Positions 9,064-19,161 of a stretch of DNA of 59,422 nucleotides are shown here, piece after piece. Source of the stretch: Candidatus Thorarchaeota archaeon (GTDB taxonomy: Archaea > Asgardarchaeota > Thorarchaeia > Thorarchaeales > Thorarchaeaceae). The DNA lies in NCBI GenBank assembly GCA_016839445.1, contig JAEOUG010000068.1, positions 1 through 59,422 on the forward strand, given 5' to 3'. Position 1 is the stretch's first letter. The number at the start of each line of letters is the position of its first letter. The translations under genes were made by a program, and so were the position numbers. Under the pieces are notes generated by a model. That model was not told the origin of the DNA. It did no database searches and was given only the letters and a program-made list of their open reading frames with translations.

Positions 9064-9426
9064 TTACTTGAGGTTCAAGACCTCCAAAGGTTCAGCCAGC
9101 CTGATGATGGGAAGATATGCGGTCATGGGCTCGGAGTCTGCCAGAGAGCTAACGAACTCAACGCTTTCCTTTGGCCTAGACCTGTAGGCGAGGTAGTTGC
9201 CCTTCGGAGGACCATCACCAACTATGTGAACCCAGAGGGGAAGTCCATACTTGTCGTAGTAGCCATGGTTTGAGATTAGCGTCCCGTAGTAGTGCTTGCC
9301 GCCATGCTCGAAGTAGAGCATGCTGGCGGGTCGGTCTCTCTGAGACCACGAAACAAGCATTCTGGCCATATCGAGCATAGACTCAAGTCTGAGATTCACG
9401 GGAGGAGGGATGTCAATCTTGCTCAT
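9064..9426 (-). CDS. Small hypothetical archaeal protein
   Basis: Clean ~120-aa ORF with a TATA-like CTTATAAG at 9463-9470 upstream; resembles small conserved archaeal proteins of unknown function. Confidence 0.7.
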   Translation of the reverse strand: MSKIDIPPPVNLRLESMLDMARMLVSWSQRDRPASMLYFEHGGKHYYGTLISNHGYYDKYGLPLWVHIVGDGPPKGNYLAYRSRPKESVEFVSSLADSEPMTAYLPIIRLAEPLEVLNLK

Positions 9427-9462
9427 TCCTTCTTGCACCGGTTCGGTGACTTGCTCTGACTC

Positions 9463-9470
9463 CTTATAAG
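9463..9470 (-). promoter_or_regulatory. Candidate TATA box CTTATAAG
   Basis: Palindromic TTATAA core 25-37 nt upstream of the two possible starts of the 9064 gene. Confidence 0.4.
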
Positions 9471-9499
9471 ACCATATACTGACCCCAGGTGCCTTTTAC

Positions 9500-11680
9500 C
9501 TACTTGCCCTGGAGGGCGGCTCGTATCTTGTCGACAGCACGTTCTACGAGTCGTCGATCTGAGCTTATCACCACGACAGGGGCGCAGAAGGCCTCCCCAG
9601 TGACACCAACAGCGAAGGCTGCCCTAAGTCCGTTCTTCCTGAAACACACAAAGGTGAAGCCATCTTCGTGGATGAGTCGGTCTAGCTCAAGCCCCGCTGA
9701 CTGGATTCCGCGGGCAACTGCACTCACGAAGTCATCAGCCTGGACTCCGCTTCGCTCCACTGCTAGCTGGTCTCTGAAATCATCCTCGGAAGTGAAGAGA
9801 AACTCATGCGACGTCCTGCTGTAGAGGACTTTTCGCATCGAGGCCTTAGACAAGAGCGTCTTGGGGATATTCTCGAATCTCCGAATCTGAACGTCTGTCG
9901 GGTCAAGATCCGTAATCGGCACGTGCTCTAGTTTGGGAACGACGCTTTCTGGTTCTTCGGGGATAGCATCGCGGGGAGCAGGCTCATCCGTCAGGTCTAG
10001 CTCCTGAGAACGATGTTGGAAAAGCTCCTCGATGTACTGCTTCATCCATCCGTCTAGTGTCTTCCAGTCGTCCTTGCTTAGCTTCAGCGGTGGTCTGGGG
10101 ACCTCAGGCAAGTCCTCTGAGGCCTGTTCCTCAGGTCCAACCTCAGGCTCTTCCAAGTCTTCTTCGTAGTCTTCAGGTTCCATGTCAACCTCGTCAGCAG
10201 GCTCTTCTGGAGTCAGCAACTTGACTGCCTCGAACAGGCCCGATAGCCGATCTGTGCCTCCATGCTGAGAGAGGCGTGGCCGGACCTGCATGATGAATCC
10301 ACGCTTATTCTCCGTGGACTGGTCAAACGCCAGAGCTACGCCCCGAGGCAGGCTACTGATGAACACCTTATCCTTGAACTGGTCCGGCATGACAGCCGGC
10401 GCTCGCTGCTGAAGCGCGCGAATGTCGTTGTCATGCGAGAGGGAGTGAGACACTATCAGATCTGCCTGCGAGATTGCATCATCACTCACGGCAGATGGCT
10501 GCTGTGTACAGAGGACAAGACTGCACCCAAAACGTCGCCCGAGCTTGGCATAACCAATCACCGCATCCTTTGCTGGGGTGTCTCCAGCCCTTGGCACTAG
10601 GGTGTGGGCTTCATCGATGATGAGCCACGTGGGTGGTAGCTCCTCTCGCGCACTGGTTCCTTCGTCTGTCCAGGCCATTCTGTAGGTCAGAACCTGTCTG
10701 CAGAGCATGTTTGTGAGAATGGCCAAGACCGCCTCGGCATCGGATCCAAGGGGGGCAACATCTATCACAGTAATCTGACCTGCCACAGCAAGATCCTGGG
10801 CGCTTGTGCCTCCCGGATGGAACACACCAAGTCGGTCAGCACGCTTGAGCCTCTGGATCATTGCCATCTTCGTGGCGGGCTTGTAGAGTTCATCAATCGA
10901 CGGATTCTGTTCTATGCATGCGATCATGTCCTTGATGCTGAAGTCTCGCTTGAGACGAACCCTTTCACCGGACTCCTGGGCATACCCTCTGCGGACGCTC
11001 TCAAGGACCTCCGAGATGAGGTTCTCCATCGCGGTGCTCAGGGACCCTCCCTTCTCTAGGACATAGCCCCAGTCAGAAACTGTAAGCTCGCGCGGCCCGA
11101 TGGAGAGCGGGAATAGCCTTGCCTTCTTCTTGACCTCGTCTGGAAGACTGATGTAGGTTCTTCGAGGAATGTATACGTTCACGGGGAACCCGCGTTCGGT
11201 TAGACTCCATTTCTGCAGCAACTCAGACTGATCCGAGTTGGGCTCAACCATCTGACGAAAGACATCTACAGTATCTATGACAACCGCGGCGACCTCAATC
11301 TCCTTTCGCTCCATAGCAAGGGCCAGCTCCTCAGCAATGATTCCTAGCGTATAGCTCTTCCCGGAGCCGCGCTTGCCTGCAACAAACATGACGTGAGGAC
11401 TCATGAGGTCGAGATTGACTGGCATACCCATGAGAGAGAGCAGAAGGTCATCTGCGGTCTCAGAGACTCCACCGATGCAGCCTAGGCCTGCAGAGCGGTA
11501 CTTCCTGTGAAATGACTCTGACCGCCCAAGCACGATACCGACATTCAGGTCAACTAGGAGGTCGAGTGGCGCTCCGACCCTTGGCCTGTACGGTAGTGCT
11601 GATTTTGGGATCAGGTCTACTGGTTTGTCGAGGCGGGCAGCATCTTCCGGTTCCAATGGCGTGTCGTTTCCTTCGTTCAC
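9500..11680 (-). CDS. HerA/FtsK-superfamily P-loop ATPase (DUF87-like) with acidic linker and extra C-terminal domain
   Basis: Walker A AGKRGSGKS, VVIDT, Walker B WLIIDEAH, GRRFGCSLVLCTQQPS. Confidence 0.88.
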   Translation of the reverse strand: MNEGNDTPLEPEDAARLDKPVDLIPKSALPYRPRVGAPLDLLVDLNVGIVLGRSESFHRKYRSAGLGCIGGVSETADDLLLSLMGMPVNLDLMSPHVMFVAGKRGSGKSYTLGIIAEELALAMERKEIEVAAVVIDTVDVFRQMVEPNSDQSELLQKWSLTERGFPVNVYIPRRTYISLPDEVKKKARLFPLSIGPRELTVSDWGYVLEKGGSLSTAMENLISEVLESVRRGYAQESGERVRLKRDFSIKDMIACIEQNPSIDELYKPATKMAMIQRLKRADRLGVFHPGGTSAQDLAVAGQITVIDVAPLGSDAEAVLAILTNMLCRQVLTYRMAWTDEGTSAREELPPTWLIIDEAHTLVPRAGDTPAKDAVIGYAKLGRRFGCSLVLCTQQPSAVSDDAISQADLIVSHSLSHDNDIRALQQRAPAVMPDQFKDKVFISSLPRGVALAFDQSTENKRGFIMQVRPRLSQHGGTDRLSGLFEAVKLLTPEEPADEVDMEPEDYEEDLEEPEVGPEEQASEDLPEVPRPPLKLSKDDWKTLDGWMKQYIEELFQHRSQELDLTDEPAPRDAIPEEPESVVPKLEHVPITDLDPTDVQIRRFENIPKTLLSKASMRKVLYSRTSHEFLFTSEDDFRDQLAVERSGVQADDFVSAVARGIQSAGLELDRLIHEDGFTFVCFRKNGLRAAFAVGVTGEAFCAPVVVISSDRRLVERAVDKIRAALQGK

Positions 11681-11808
11681 ATGCGTAACCCTTGAGGACT
11701 CGAGTCTGACTTCGAATAAAGCTTTGTTTGACCGTTCTCCTTAGCGCCCTTCCTGAATAGGTGGCTGGTCAGCAAGACTCAAAACCCTATGGTTTCAGCT
11801 GCCCTGTT

Positions 11809-12591
11809 ATGCCAGAGCTCATCCAAGATGGTAGCATCGTGTTCATCTTCATGGACGCGAAGCGTAACTGGATACGACGAGTCAAGCAGGGAGAGAGCTT
11901 CCACTCGAACAAAGGGATAATCGAGTTCGATCACCTCATTGGCAAGCCGTTTGGCATTAGGGTGGAGAGTCATTCAGGGACCGTGTTCCAGATTCATAGG
12001 CCAAGCCAGACTGATATTCAGATCGCGATGGGGCGGAACACTCAGATAGTATACCCGAAAGACGCAGGGACTATTCTTGTCGAAGCCGAGATTGTGGCGG
12101 GTAGCAGAGTTGTGGAGTCAGGCACTGGCTCAGGGGCATTGACAAGCATCCTTGCGAGAGCAGTAGGATCCAGTGGTCATGTCTATACGTACGAGGTCCG
12201 TGAGGACATGCACGCAGGCGCCGAGAAGAATCTGAGAAGATACGGCCTCCTTGACAATGTCACGATGCACCGAAGAAACATCCTGGACGGGATACAGGAA
12301 GAGGATCTTGATGCAGTTGTTCTTGATTTGGCAACCCCTTGGGAACTAGTGGACGAAGTCCATCGAGTGTTGAAGCCGAGCCACTTCGTGGCGTCCTATA
12401 GCCCAACGATAGAACAAGTGATGAAGACATGCGCTGCTCTTGGCAGGGATGGAAAGTGGGGCATGATAAAGACACTCGAAGTATTGCAGCGGGAGATAAT
12501 GGTTCGAGAAAACAAGACACGCCCCACGACATGGATGGTGGCACACACAGGATACATGACCTTCGCACGATCCATGGCAATTGAAGCCTAA
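11809..12591 (+). CDS. trmI: tRNA (adenine-N1)-methyltransferase TrmI/Gcd14
   Basis: RNTQIVYPKD, VVESGTGSGALT, YEVRED, LDLATPW, YSPTIEQV, RP...MVAHTGY. Confidence 0.95.
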   Translation: MPELIQDGSIVFIFMDAKRNWIRRVKQGESFHSNKGIIEFDHLIGKPFGIRVESHSGTVFQIHRPSQTDIQIAMGRNTQIVYPKDAGTILVEAEIVAGSRVVESGTGSGALTSILARAVGSSGHVYTYEVREDMHAGAEKNLRRYGLLDNVTMHRRNILDGIQEEDLDAVVLDLATPWELVDEVHRVLKPSHFVASYSPTIEQVMKTCAALGRDGKWGMIKTLEVLQREIMVRENKTRPTTWMVAHTGYMTFARSMAIEA

Positions 12592-12599
12592 ACAAAGGC

Positions 12600-12605
12600 T
12601 TATAT
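12600..12605 (+). promoter_or_regulatory. Candidate BRE/TATA (AAAGGC-TTATAT)
   Basis: Purine-rich run followed by TTATAT about 40 nt upstream of ORF 12647. Confidence 0.4.
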
Positions 12606-12646
12606 GCTGTCGATAGTAGTCGTTTGTTGTCGACTGTTGTTGACGG

Positions 12647-13024
12647 GTGCTGACCAAGTTGACATATCACCACAAGCGGGACTCCTGTAGCAAGGAGACC
12701 AGAGAGATTCTTGACAACATCTTCCACCACGAGCTAAGCGGCTACGAACTCCCTGAGCAGCGAGTCAAGGCCAGTTCTTCAAAAGCGGATTCGCACGACG
12801 AAGGCAGAGAAAACGTCTTGCCTGAGGAGGCCGCCGGTCTGCTGGCAGAGTTCGGTGTTCATGCCACAGATAGTGAAACAGACATGGCGCTCCCTGCAGC
12901 CAGGGACAGATACTTACCACCTCATCAACTGGACTTCGAAGCGGCGGAGGCAAAAGAGTCGTACGAGAAGAAGAAGAAGCATCGCAACTATGTGGAATTC
13001 AGACCTGACTACGAGAAGACATAG
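12647..13024 (+). CDS. Hypothetical protein, charged/partly disordered
   Basis: 125-aa ORF filling the gap, with a TATA-like element upstream and GGAGG before the next gene. Confidence 0.6.
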   Translation: MLTKLTYHHKRDSCSKETREILDNIFHHELSGYELPEQRVKASSSKADSHDEGRENVLPEEAAGLLAEFGVHATDSETDMALPAARDRYLPPHQLDFEAAEAKESYEKKKKHRNYVEFRPDYEKT

Positions 13025-13035
13025 GAGGCGTCATA

Positions 13036-13413
13036 TTGAGTCGTGAAGAGGACATCAAGGGCCTGAAGCGGGAAGTAGTAGACCTTAGAAAGACCGTAGG
13101 CTATCTGAAGAACGAGATAGAGCGGCTAACTGAGGAGATAAGGAACGCTACCGTCGTAGAGGGATCTGCACTGGGTCAGTACAATGTCTTCCCGAATCGT
13201 GAGAACTGCCTTGAAGGAGATGTCAGCTGGGAACGCCTCGTCAATCTGCTACAGAAGACAGATTCAGGCCTCACGGCATCCGAACTCGCAGAACGTTGGG
13301 GGAAGTCCAGATCCAGAACAAGCGAGGTCTTGAATAAGCTCGCAGAAGATGGCAGGCTGGTCAAGTACAGAGACGGCCGGAAGATTAAGTTCATGGCCTC
13401 TGAAGAAGACTAG
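13036..13413 (+). CDS. Coiled-coil + winged-helix DNA-binding protein
   Basis: Heptad N-terminus (LKREVVDLRKTVGYLKNEIERL); GLTASELAERWGKSRSRTSEVLNKLAEDGRLVKYRDGRK wHTH; GGAGG SD upstream of TTG. Confidence 0.85.
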   Translation: MSREEDIKGLKREVVDLRKTVGYLKNEIERLTEEIRNATVVEGSALGQYNVFPNRENCLEGDVSWERLVNLLQKTDSGLTASELAERWGKSRSRTSEVLNKLAEDGRLVKYRDGRKIKFMASEED

Positions 13414-13511
13414 AGCCAGACTGCTTATCTCTCATTCATTTGGCAGACCAAGTACGCTTAAGTAATTGTAAGAACTAGTGGCAGTGAGCTACTGCTCGCG
13501 AGGTTGCGTAC

Positions 13512-15821
13512 TTGAGCAAGACACAGAAAAAGGCTCCAGAAGAGGACTCAGGGGTTGACGTTTACACAAGTAGTCTCTTCGAGCTCAACCTGAAAGTGCA
13601 GGACGCGGTAAGTGAGTTCGCGCTGCATGACATTGATGACGAAGAGGGCATCGAGCAGAAACGGCTCAATATGCACGACAGGTTCACAGAGCTATACTCG
13701 GAGATAGCCGAATTCAGCGAGCAGATTATGGTGTCAGACTTCGAGATCTCATACCTTAGGAGCAGATTGGCCCAAGCCGAGGGGGAGACCAAGACACAGC
13801 TTGAAGCAGCCCTCGAAGACCTTATGGCTCGCTCCCAGGCTAACTACGCAGACATATGGATGGCAAAGGTGATGGCGTGGCTCCATCAAGCAGCAGGCGC
13901 CAGTGGGCCATTCAATGAAGAGGAACACGAGGACAAGAAGAAGAGCGCATCAAAATACTTGGCCGCCGTCTACACCATGCTCGAGAGACCCTTCTCTGCC
14001 GTACCTCAAAAAGTGGATGGTACCCAGAAGCTACGCAGAGTGGCCCTAGGACTCCAATCGTATCGACTCATGGAGGAGTCAGCGGAGGGCGACGAGGACG
14101 ACCTGGCAATCATCTTGGGAAAGAACAAGAGTGCGGAGGCAGAGTTCTACGACGAGTTTCTCAATGAGCTGATTGGTCAGGAGAGCACATTCAGGCAGGC
14201 GTTCAATCCATTTGATGAGTTGGTCTGGAGGGACATTCTTAGCTCGTTCATCTTTGAGCAGGCAACAGATCTGTACAACGAGGCGATTCCACATTTCAAG
14301 AAGAAACGCGAGTTCAAGGACCGCCTTGATGCCATCAAGTCCTGGAAGAACAACACGGCAGGTCTGAGTGAGGTCTACTCTGCAATGACCTACAACGACA
14401 TTGCAGACACACAGATGCGAGCGGGAAATCTGGAGGATGCGTCCAAGCTCTATAGCGTCGCATCGGATGCCTTCGGCCGGGCAGAGAAGTGCTTCAGAGA
14501 GGTTCTGGCCCTCCAGTCAAACGCAGACCAGTCCAGTATTGACAAGGAACAGAAAAAGGCACAGTCACTCTTCTGTCATGCTGAGGCAAGTGTTCAGACC
14601 CTCATTGACCTCATCACTGTCAACAATCGAACTGAGGCCATCAAGGCGCTAAAGGAGATATTCAAGGATCTGAAGAAAGCAGAGAGTCTTGCGAAGACTC
14701 GAGAACTCACCAGCGCCATAAAGGAGGACTTGAAGACATACACGTTTGTAGAGGACCTCCTGAAGAAGACTAAGGATGACATCAGCGGAATCATAGACCA
14801 GATTGCCTTCGCTAAGGATCTGAGGAAGACTGGGCTAATACAGGATGTGAGCAAGTCGCTGGACACGGCCACTTCACAGCTCAGCAGGAACCCAGCGGAC
14901 TCTCTGGATTCTCTCAGGGAAGGCCTTGACAGCCTCGGGATTCTTCTGAGCTTGGAAGCGGAAGATAGCGAAGTGGGAGAGCTCAGGAACCGGACTCTTG
15001 CTCTACTCAATCATGTCAAATACATGATTCAGTTCCAGCTGAGTTCTCAACTGCAACATGGTGGCAAGTTCATTCTCTCAAGGATTCTCGAGAATCTGTC
15101 CGCTGCTGAGGCGGCATCCTACTACAAAGTGATTGGGCAGGACGAGACAGCCATGGAACTCACAGACCTTGGGAAGCTCGCCTTGGCCACAGCCTTCGCA
15201 TCAGAAGCTCAAGTATACTCACGCCAGTCCGATCAATGGGCTTTCCGTGCACAGGTTGAGAGGCTGAACGCCTTTAGAAACATGGAAGATGAGCTAAGCC
15301 TCTTAGACGAGGACGGCCCTATTGACGAGGCCCTCAAAACACATGACAATGCGATTTCCAGGATCAACCAAGCCATGGTTTCCTTTGAGGCTGCAGCTAA
15401 CGAGTTAGACAGCGTGAAGGGAGAAGAGATCAGGCAAAAGAACAGCGTCGACTTGCAGGTCAAGCAGCTTCAGGGAGTGGTCATGAAGTTCAGAGGCGAC
15501 CTATCGAGGATGAAGGGAGCCAAGAGCGATTTCATTGCAGAGTTCATGTTCAGAACAGGCGACAACACGAAGGCGAAGCGACATTACTCTGACGCCAATG
15601 ATAGCCTTAGAGAAGCTGTGGGAAACTACAATGTAGCTGCGCAGGTCTTCCAGCAGGTGGGTGATGCACAGTCTGCACAGAATGTAGACGGGAGAGCAAA
15701 GGCTGCAGATCTCTTGGCCAGAGGAGTATGGGATAGCCGACAGAGGCTGGAGAGGGATCAGGCGCCCAGCATGAAGGGAGAACCCGAGTTGGCTGCGCTC
15801 TATCTGGGCCTAACCGGCTAG
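13512..15821 (+). CDS. Large all-alpha (TPR/SNAP-like solenoid) hypothetical protein
   Basis: 769 aa, A/E/L/K rich, TPR-like segments (AGNLEDASKLYSVASDAFGRAEKCF; AKRHYSDANDSLREAVGNYNVAAQVF). Confidence 0.75.
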   Translation: MSKTQKKAPEEDSGVDVYTSSLFELNLKVQDAVSEFALHDIDDEEGIEQKRLNMHDRFTELYSEIAEFSEQIMVSDFEISYLRSRLAQAEGETKTQLEAALEDLMARSQANYADIWMAKVMAWLHQAAGASGPFNEEEHEDKKKSASKYLAAVYTMLERPFSAVPQKVDGTQKLRRVALGLQSYRLMEESAEGDEDDLAIILGKNKSAEAEFYDEFLNELIGQESTFRQAFNPFDELVWRDILSSFIFEQATDLYNEAIPHFKKKREFKDRLDAIKSWKNNTAGLSEVYSAMTYNDIADTQMRAGNLEDASKLYSVASDAFGRAEKCFREVLALQSNADQSSIDKEQKKAQSLFCHAEASVQTLIDLITVNNRTEAIKALKEIFKDLKKAESLAKTRELTSAIKEDLKTYTFVEDLLKKTKDDISGIIDQIAFAKDLRKTGLIQDVSKSLDTATSQLSRNPADSLDSLREGLDSLGILLSLEAEDSEVGELRNRTLALLNHVKYMIQFQLSSQLQHGGKFILSRILENLSAAEAASYYKVIGQDETAMELTDLGKLALATAFASEAQVYSRQSDQWAFRAQVERLNAFRNMEDELSLLDEDGPIDEALKTHDNAISRINQAMVSFEAAANELDSVKGEEIRQKNSVDLQVKQLQGVVMKFRGDLSRMKGAKSDFIAEFMFRTGDNTKAKRHYSDANDSLREAVGNYNVAAQVFQQVGDAQSAQNVDGRAKAADLLARGVWDSRQRLERDQAPSMKGEPELAALYLGLTG

Positions 15822-15830
15822 TGGGTCATA

Positions 15831-18011
15831 TCACCCAGCCGTGGGTACATTCGATGCAAGTGCCTCTACTAGGGCCGGTTTCGTATGAATCCGCTTCAAA
15901 GCGTACGGCCGGAATTCAACTCCTCCAGCGTGATAGAATTTCGAGAACCACTCCACGAAGTGAAGACGCAACGTATGCATGAATGCGAGCAGGCCTTCGA
16001 GAATGCCCACAATCAGCGACCCAATGATGGCACCAAGTAAGGGAAGGTAGGGTGCCACAAGGTGGCCATCATGCCATATCTGATGAGGGATTATCTCCAC
16101 CCCAAAGAGCTCCAGTGGAGGAATAGGAATCTCCACAATGGCGGGAAGCAGGCTGATGAAGACTCCGCTAAGAATGATGTGAACGGTGTTCAGTGCGAAG
16201 ATACGCGCATAGCTTACAGTGTGGCTAATCATGCCAATAGAGTACTCAAGAAACTCGACAACTCCATCCATTCCGGATAGGAAGGAGGATATGGCCATCA
16301 GAACCATGGGCAGGATGAACACCATAGTCGAGAAGACTAGAGGGGCGATGGGAAGCGTAGGATAGACTCCATTGTCGCCTATTCCGTAGCCGATTCCTGC
16401 GATCGGGACCCACAGATTCACGCTCCCTGTTGCATTGAACCAGCTGTTGACATTGCTGTAGCTGACGCCAAAGATGAGATTGATGAAACCGTAGTATAGC
16501 CAGAGATAGCTGCCGGCCACGACGGCCTCTTTGTAGTCCCTATGCTTCAGCTTGTTGTACAGATTCAGGATGATACCCAACATGATGTGGAGTGCACCCA
16601 CTTCAACAGAGAGCTTCAGCATGTGTGCAGAGCGGAAAACGTTCTCATGCCCAAACTCGTCAGTGTGAGAGAACACAGGCCAGAGTGGCTCTATGACGGT
16701 CTCTGCTCCAAAGAAGCTGCCAAACAAGAATCCCCCGAGGATGGCAAAGACGCCCATCAGAATCAGGCCCTCTGCGCCGGCCTGAAGGTAGCCCATAATG
16801 GCACCCCACTCCTGCCCCTTGTTCCGCGCCCTCCGGGCGGCGAGCCCGATTAGGAGGATTAGGAAGCCCTGCCCTACATCTGCGAAGACGAGCCCGAATA
16901 TCAGAGGGAATGAAAGCCACATCAGCTTGGTAGGATCCAGGTCATGTTTGGAGGGAATCCCGAAGGCCTTCACCACATTCTCTGTGGGCTTCATCACAGA
17001 GGGATTCGATATGTAAGTGGGAGCCTCATGCTCAGCGAAGTCAGGCCGGTCAAATGTGACTTCAAGAGCTCTTCCCACCCTTTGCTGAAGAATGGTCTCA
17101 AGCCGTTCTTCCTTTCCCTCAGGAATCCAGCCCCACATCTTGATTGCCTGGTCGGTGTAGACTATGTAGCTCTTGACCTCGATTCTCTTCTCTTCGATCT
17201 CTATCGCTTCGAGAGCGGCAAGTATCTGTGTTCCCCATTCGTTCGAGATGTGAGACTTCTCCGACTGAATGCGACCAATCTCGTTCTGGAGTTCCTGCAT
17301 CCGTTCCTCAGTCTCTGCGGCAATCTTCTCGGGTGGGCCTTGAGAGTCGGGAGGAATTGAGAAGGCCTCGAATTCCAGTGCTGAAAGGATGCGCTCGATT
17401 GCATCCTTCAACTCCACAGGCACTGTCAGGACTGCTGCGCTGACGCCCCTCTTGAGTCGGAGAAGGCTGAGAGTGAACGAGCCATCTGTCACTTCTCTAA
17501 GGCTCCACTCGAGCTCATCATCTCTTCCAGAGGGAACTATTCCCGCGGTTGTATACGTGTATTCTGTGCTGCGAATGAGTGCCGGGTCGACACCAAGAGG
17601 CTTGAGGGAGACAGCCACATCGCGGATTCCTCTCTGGCGCTCCAGCTCAGCTCTTGCGCTTATGAGCTTGGACTCAAGGTCAAGAACCTGGGATTCTACA
17701 GCCTTAACAACAGAAGACACGAATTTCAGAGGATCTTCGATGGTGGTATCGTCAACCTCAACAGCAAGGCCTCTCCTCTTAGTCGGGTCGATCTCAAGAA
17801 TGTCCAGGATCTTCACAATCCGGTCCTTAACGACAAGAACGGTCTCCTCTTCTCGAGAGCGCCTGACATCAGGTATGCCAGCCTGTCTTCGAACATCGAT
17901 GAACTCGAAGTAGCCGAATTCCTCAAGGGCCTGCTTGACTTGGCGCTCAAGGTCCCGATGAGATACGACCTTGGCTACAATCATCCTCTGAGGACTCATC
18001 TGAAGACCCAT
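15831..18011 (-). CDS. atpI: A/V-type ATP synthase subunit I (a)
   Basis: Soluble N-terminal half; WGWIP, APTY, DPT, FGLVFADVGQG, SHTVSYARIFAL (essential Arg), HTLRLHFVEWFSKFY. Confidence 0.95.
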   Translation of the reverse strand: MGLQMSPQRMIVAKVVSHRDLERQVKQALEEFGYFEFIDVRRQAGIPDVRRSREEETVLVVKDRIVKILDILEIDPTKRRGLAVEVDDTTIEDPLKFVSSVVKAVESQVLDLESKLISARAELERQRGIRDVAVSLKPLGVDPALIRSTEYTYTTAGIVPSGRDDELEWSLREVTDGSFTLSLLRLKRGVSAAVLTVPVELKDAIERILSALEFEAFSIPPDSQGPPEKIAAETEERMQELQNEIGRIQSEKSHISNEWGTQILAALEAIEIEEKRIEVKSYIVYTDQAIKMWGWIPEGKEERLETILQQRVGRALEVTFDRPDFAEHEAPTYISNPSVMKPTENVVKAFGIPSKHDLDPTKLMWLSFPLIFGLVFADVGQGFLILLIGLAARRARNKGQEWGAIMGYLQAGAEGLILMGVFAILGGFLFGSFFGAETVIEPLWPVFSHTDEFGHENVFRSAHMLKLSVEVGALHIMLGIILNLYNKLKHRDYKEAVVAGSYLWLYYGFINLIFGVSYSNVNSWFNATGSVNLWVPIAGIGYGIGDNGVYPTLPIAPLVFSTMVFILPMVLMAISSFLSGMDGVVEFLEYSIGMISHTVSYARIFALNTVHIILSGVFISLLPAIVEIPIPPLELFGVEIIPHQIWHDGHLVAPYLPLLGAIIGSLIVGILEGLLAFMHTLRLHFVEWFSKFYHAGGVEFRPYALKRIHTKPALVEALASNVPTAG

Positions 18012-18176
18012 ACTGGTATCACCCATCCGGTCCTGACAGCAAGCAGCCTCACAGCACAGCAGAACCGTGTCGATGCCGCCTCGCATCTGACAGGACAAAT
18101 AACTCTTGCGACAGGTGAACGTTTATCAGGAACATGATTAGGAATCCTGCTCACTCTTCACCCCGAGGTGGTTCAC

Positions 18177-18500
18177 GTGTGCGCAGCGCAGGAAGAGATG
18201 GATCAAATCAGCGAGGCTGAAAAGGCGGCTCGAAACAGAATAGAAGAGGCCCAAAGGAGAGCGAAGACCATTCGTGAGGAGGCAGACAAGGAAGCCAGAG
18301 CGCTGATTGCTAAGGCTGAGAGTGATGCCAAGAAGGACGCCTCGAAGATGACATCAGAGATAGAGAAAGAGAGAGCCCGCGTCGAGTCGGAGATTCTAGA
18401 GGACACAGATGAGAAGATCAAGTCCCTGAAGAACTTGTCCTCCAAGAGGAAGAAGGCGGCCTTCATGGTCGCTTACAAGATGATAGTAAGGGAGGCATGA
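18177..18500 (+). CDS. atpH: A/V-type ATP synthase peripheral stalk subunit H/G
   Basis: ISEAEKAARNRIEEAQRRAKTIREEA right-handed coiled-coil pattern; adjacent to subunit E; GAGGTG SD before GTG 18177. Confidence 0.8.
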   Translation: MCAAQEEMDQISEAEKAARNRIEEAQRRAKTIREEADKEARALIAKAESDAKKDASKMTSEIEKERARVESEILEDTDEKIKSLKNLSSKRKKAAFMVAYKMIVREA

Positions 18501-19132
18501 ACGGGATGAGTGGAATCTCCAACATCATCGAGATGATCAACAAGAAGACCGATGAGAAGGAAGACGAGATTATTGCCGAGGCGGAACGTCACAAGCGAAT
18601 CAAGGTCGAGGAAGCAGAGAAGAGAGCGAAAGAGGCCGCCAGTAACATAATCAAGAAGGCTGAGCGAGACACGCACGCAGAGATGGCGAGGTACAAGGCC
18701 ACTGCTATGTTGAAGGCGAAGTACAAGCTGCTCGATGCCAAGGAGGAGATGATCAACTTGGTCCTTGGCGAAGTGAGAAAGGAACTGGAGAGCCTATCGG
18801 AGAAGAGCGAGTACAGCCAGGTACTCAATCGACTGGTTGTTGATGCGGGGGTCACACTGAGCGAGGAAGACCTCGAGATTGTCCTGCCAAAGGGGCACAA
18901 GAAGCATCTTGATCTAGAAGACATTCAGAAGCAAATCGCCAAGCAGACCAAGAAGAAGGTGAAGCTCAGCATATCAAAGGACAACGTGCGCTCCATTGGG
19001 GGTGCCCTCGTGAGAAACTCAGATGGATCGAAGTGGGTTGACAACACCTTTGAGGCGCAGATTGAGCGGTTGACCAGTGAACTGAGAGACAGTGTGGCGT
19101 CTGTGCTATTTGCAGAAGAGAAAGACAAGTAG
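18497..19132 (+). CDS. atpE: A/V-type ATP synthase subunit E
   Basis: N-terminal coiled coil; C-terminal SIGGALVRNSDG..VDNTFEAQIERL motif. Start could be 18506. Confidence 0.92.
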   Translation: MNGMSGISNIIEMINKKTDEKEDEIIAEAERHKRIKVEEAEKRAKEAASNIIKKAERDTHAEMARYKATAMLKAKYKLLDAKEEMINLVLGEVRKELESLSEKSEYSQVLNRLVVDAGVTLSEEDLEIVLPKGHKKHLDLEDIQKQIAKQTKKKVKLSISKDNVRSIGGALVRNSDGSKWVDNTFEAQIERLTSELRDSVASVLFAEEKDK

Positions 19133-19161
19133 AGGATTGTGACCTCTACTCTCCGTTCTTA

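Noticed and set aside
18012-18098. Cys-rich N-terminal extension of AtpI (LLCCEAACCQ)
   Set aside because: It most likely reflects translated intergenic/promoter sequence; the plausible start is 18011.
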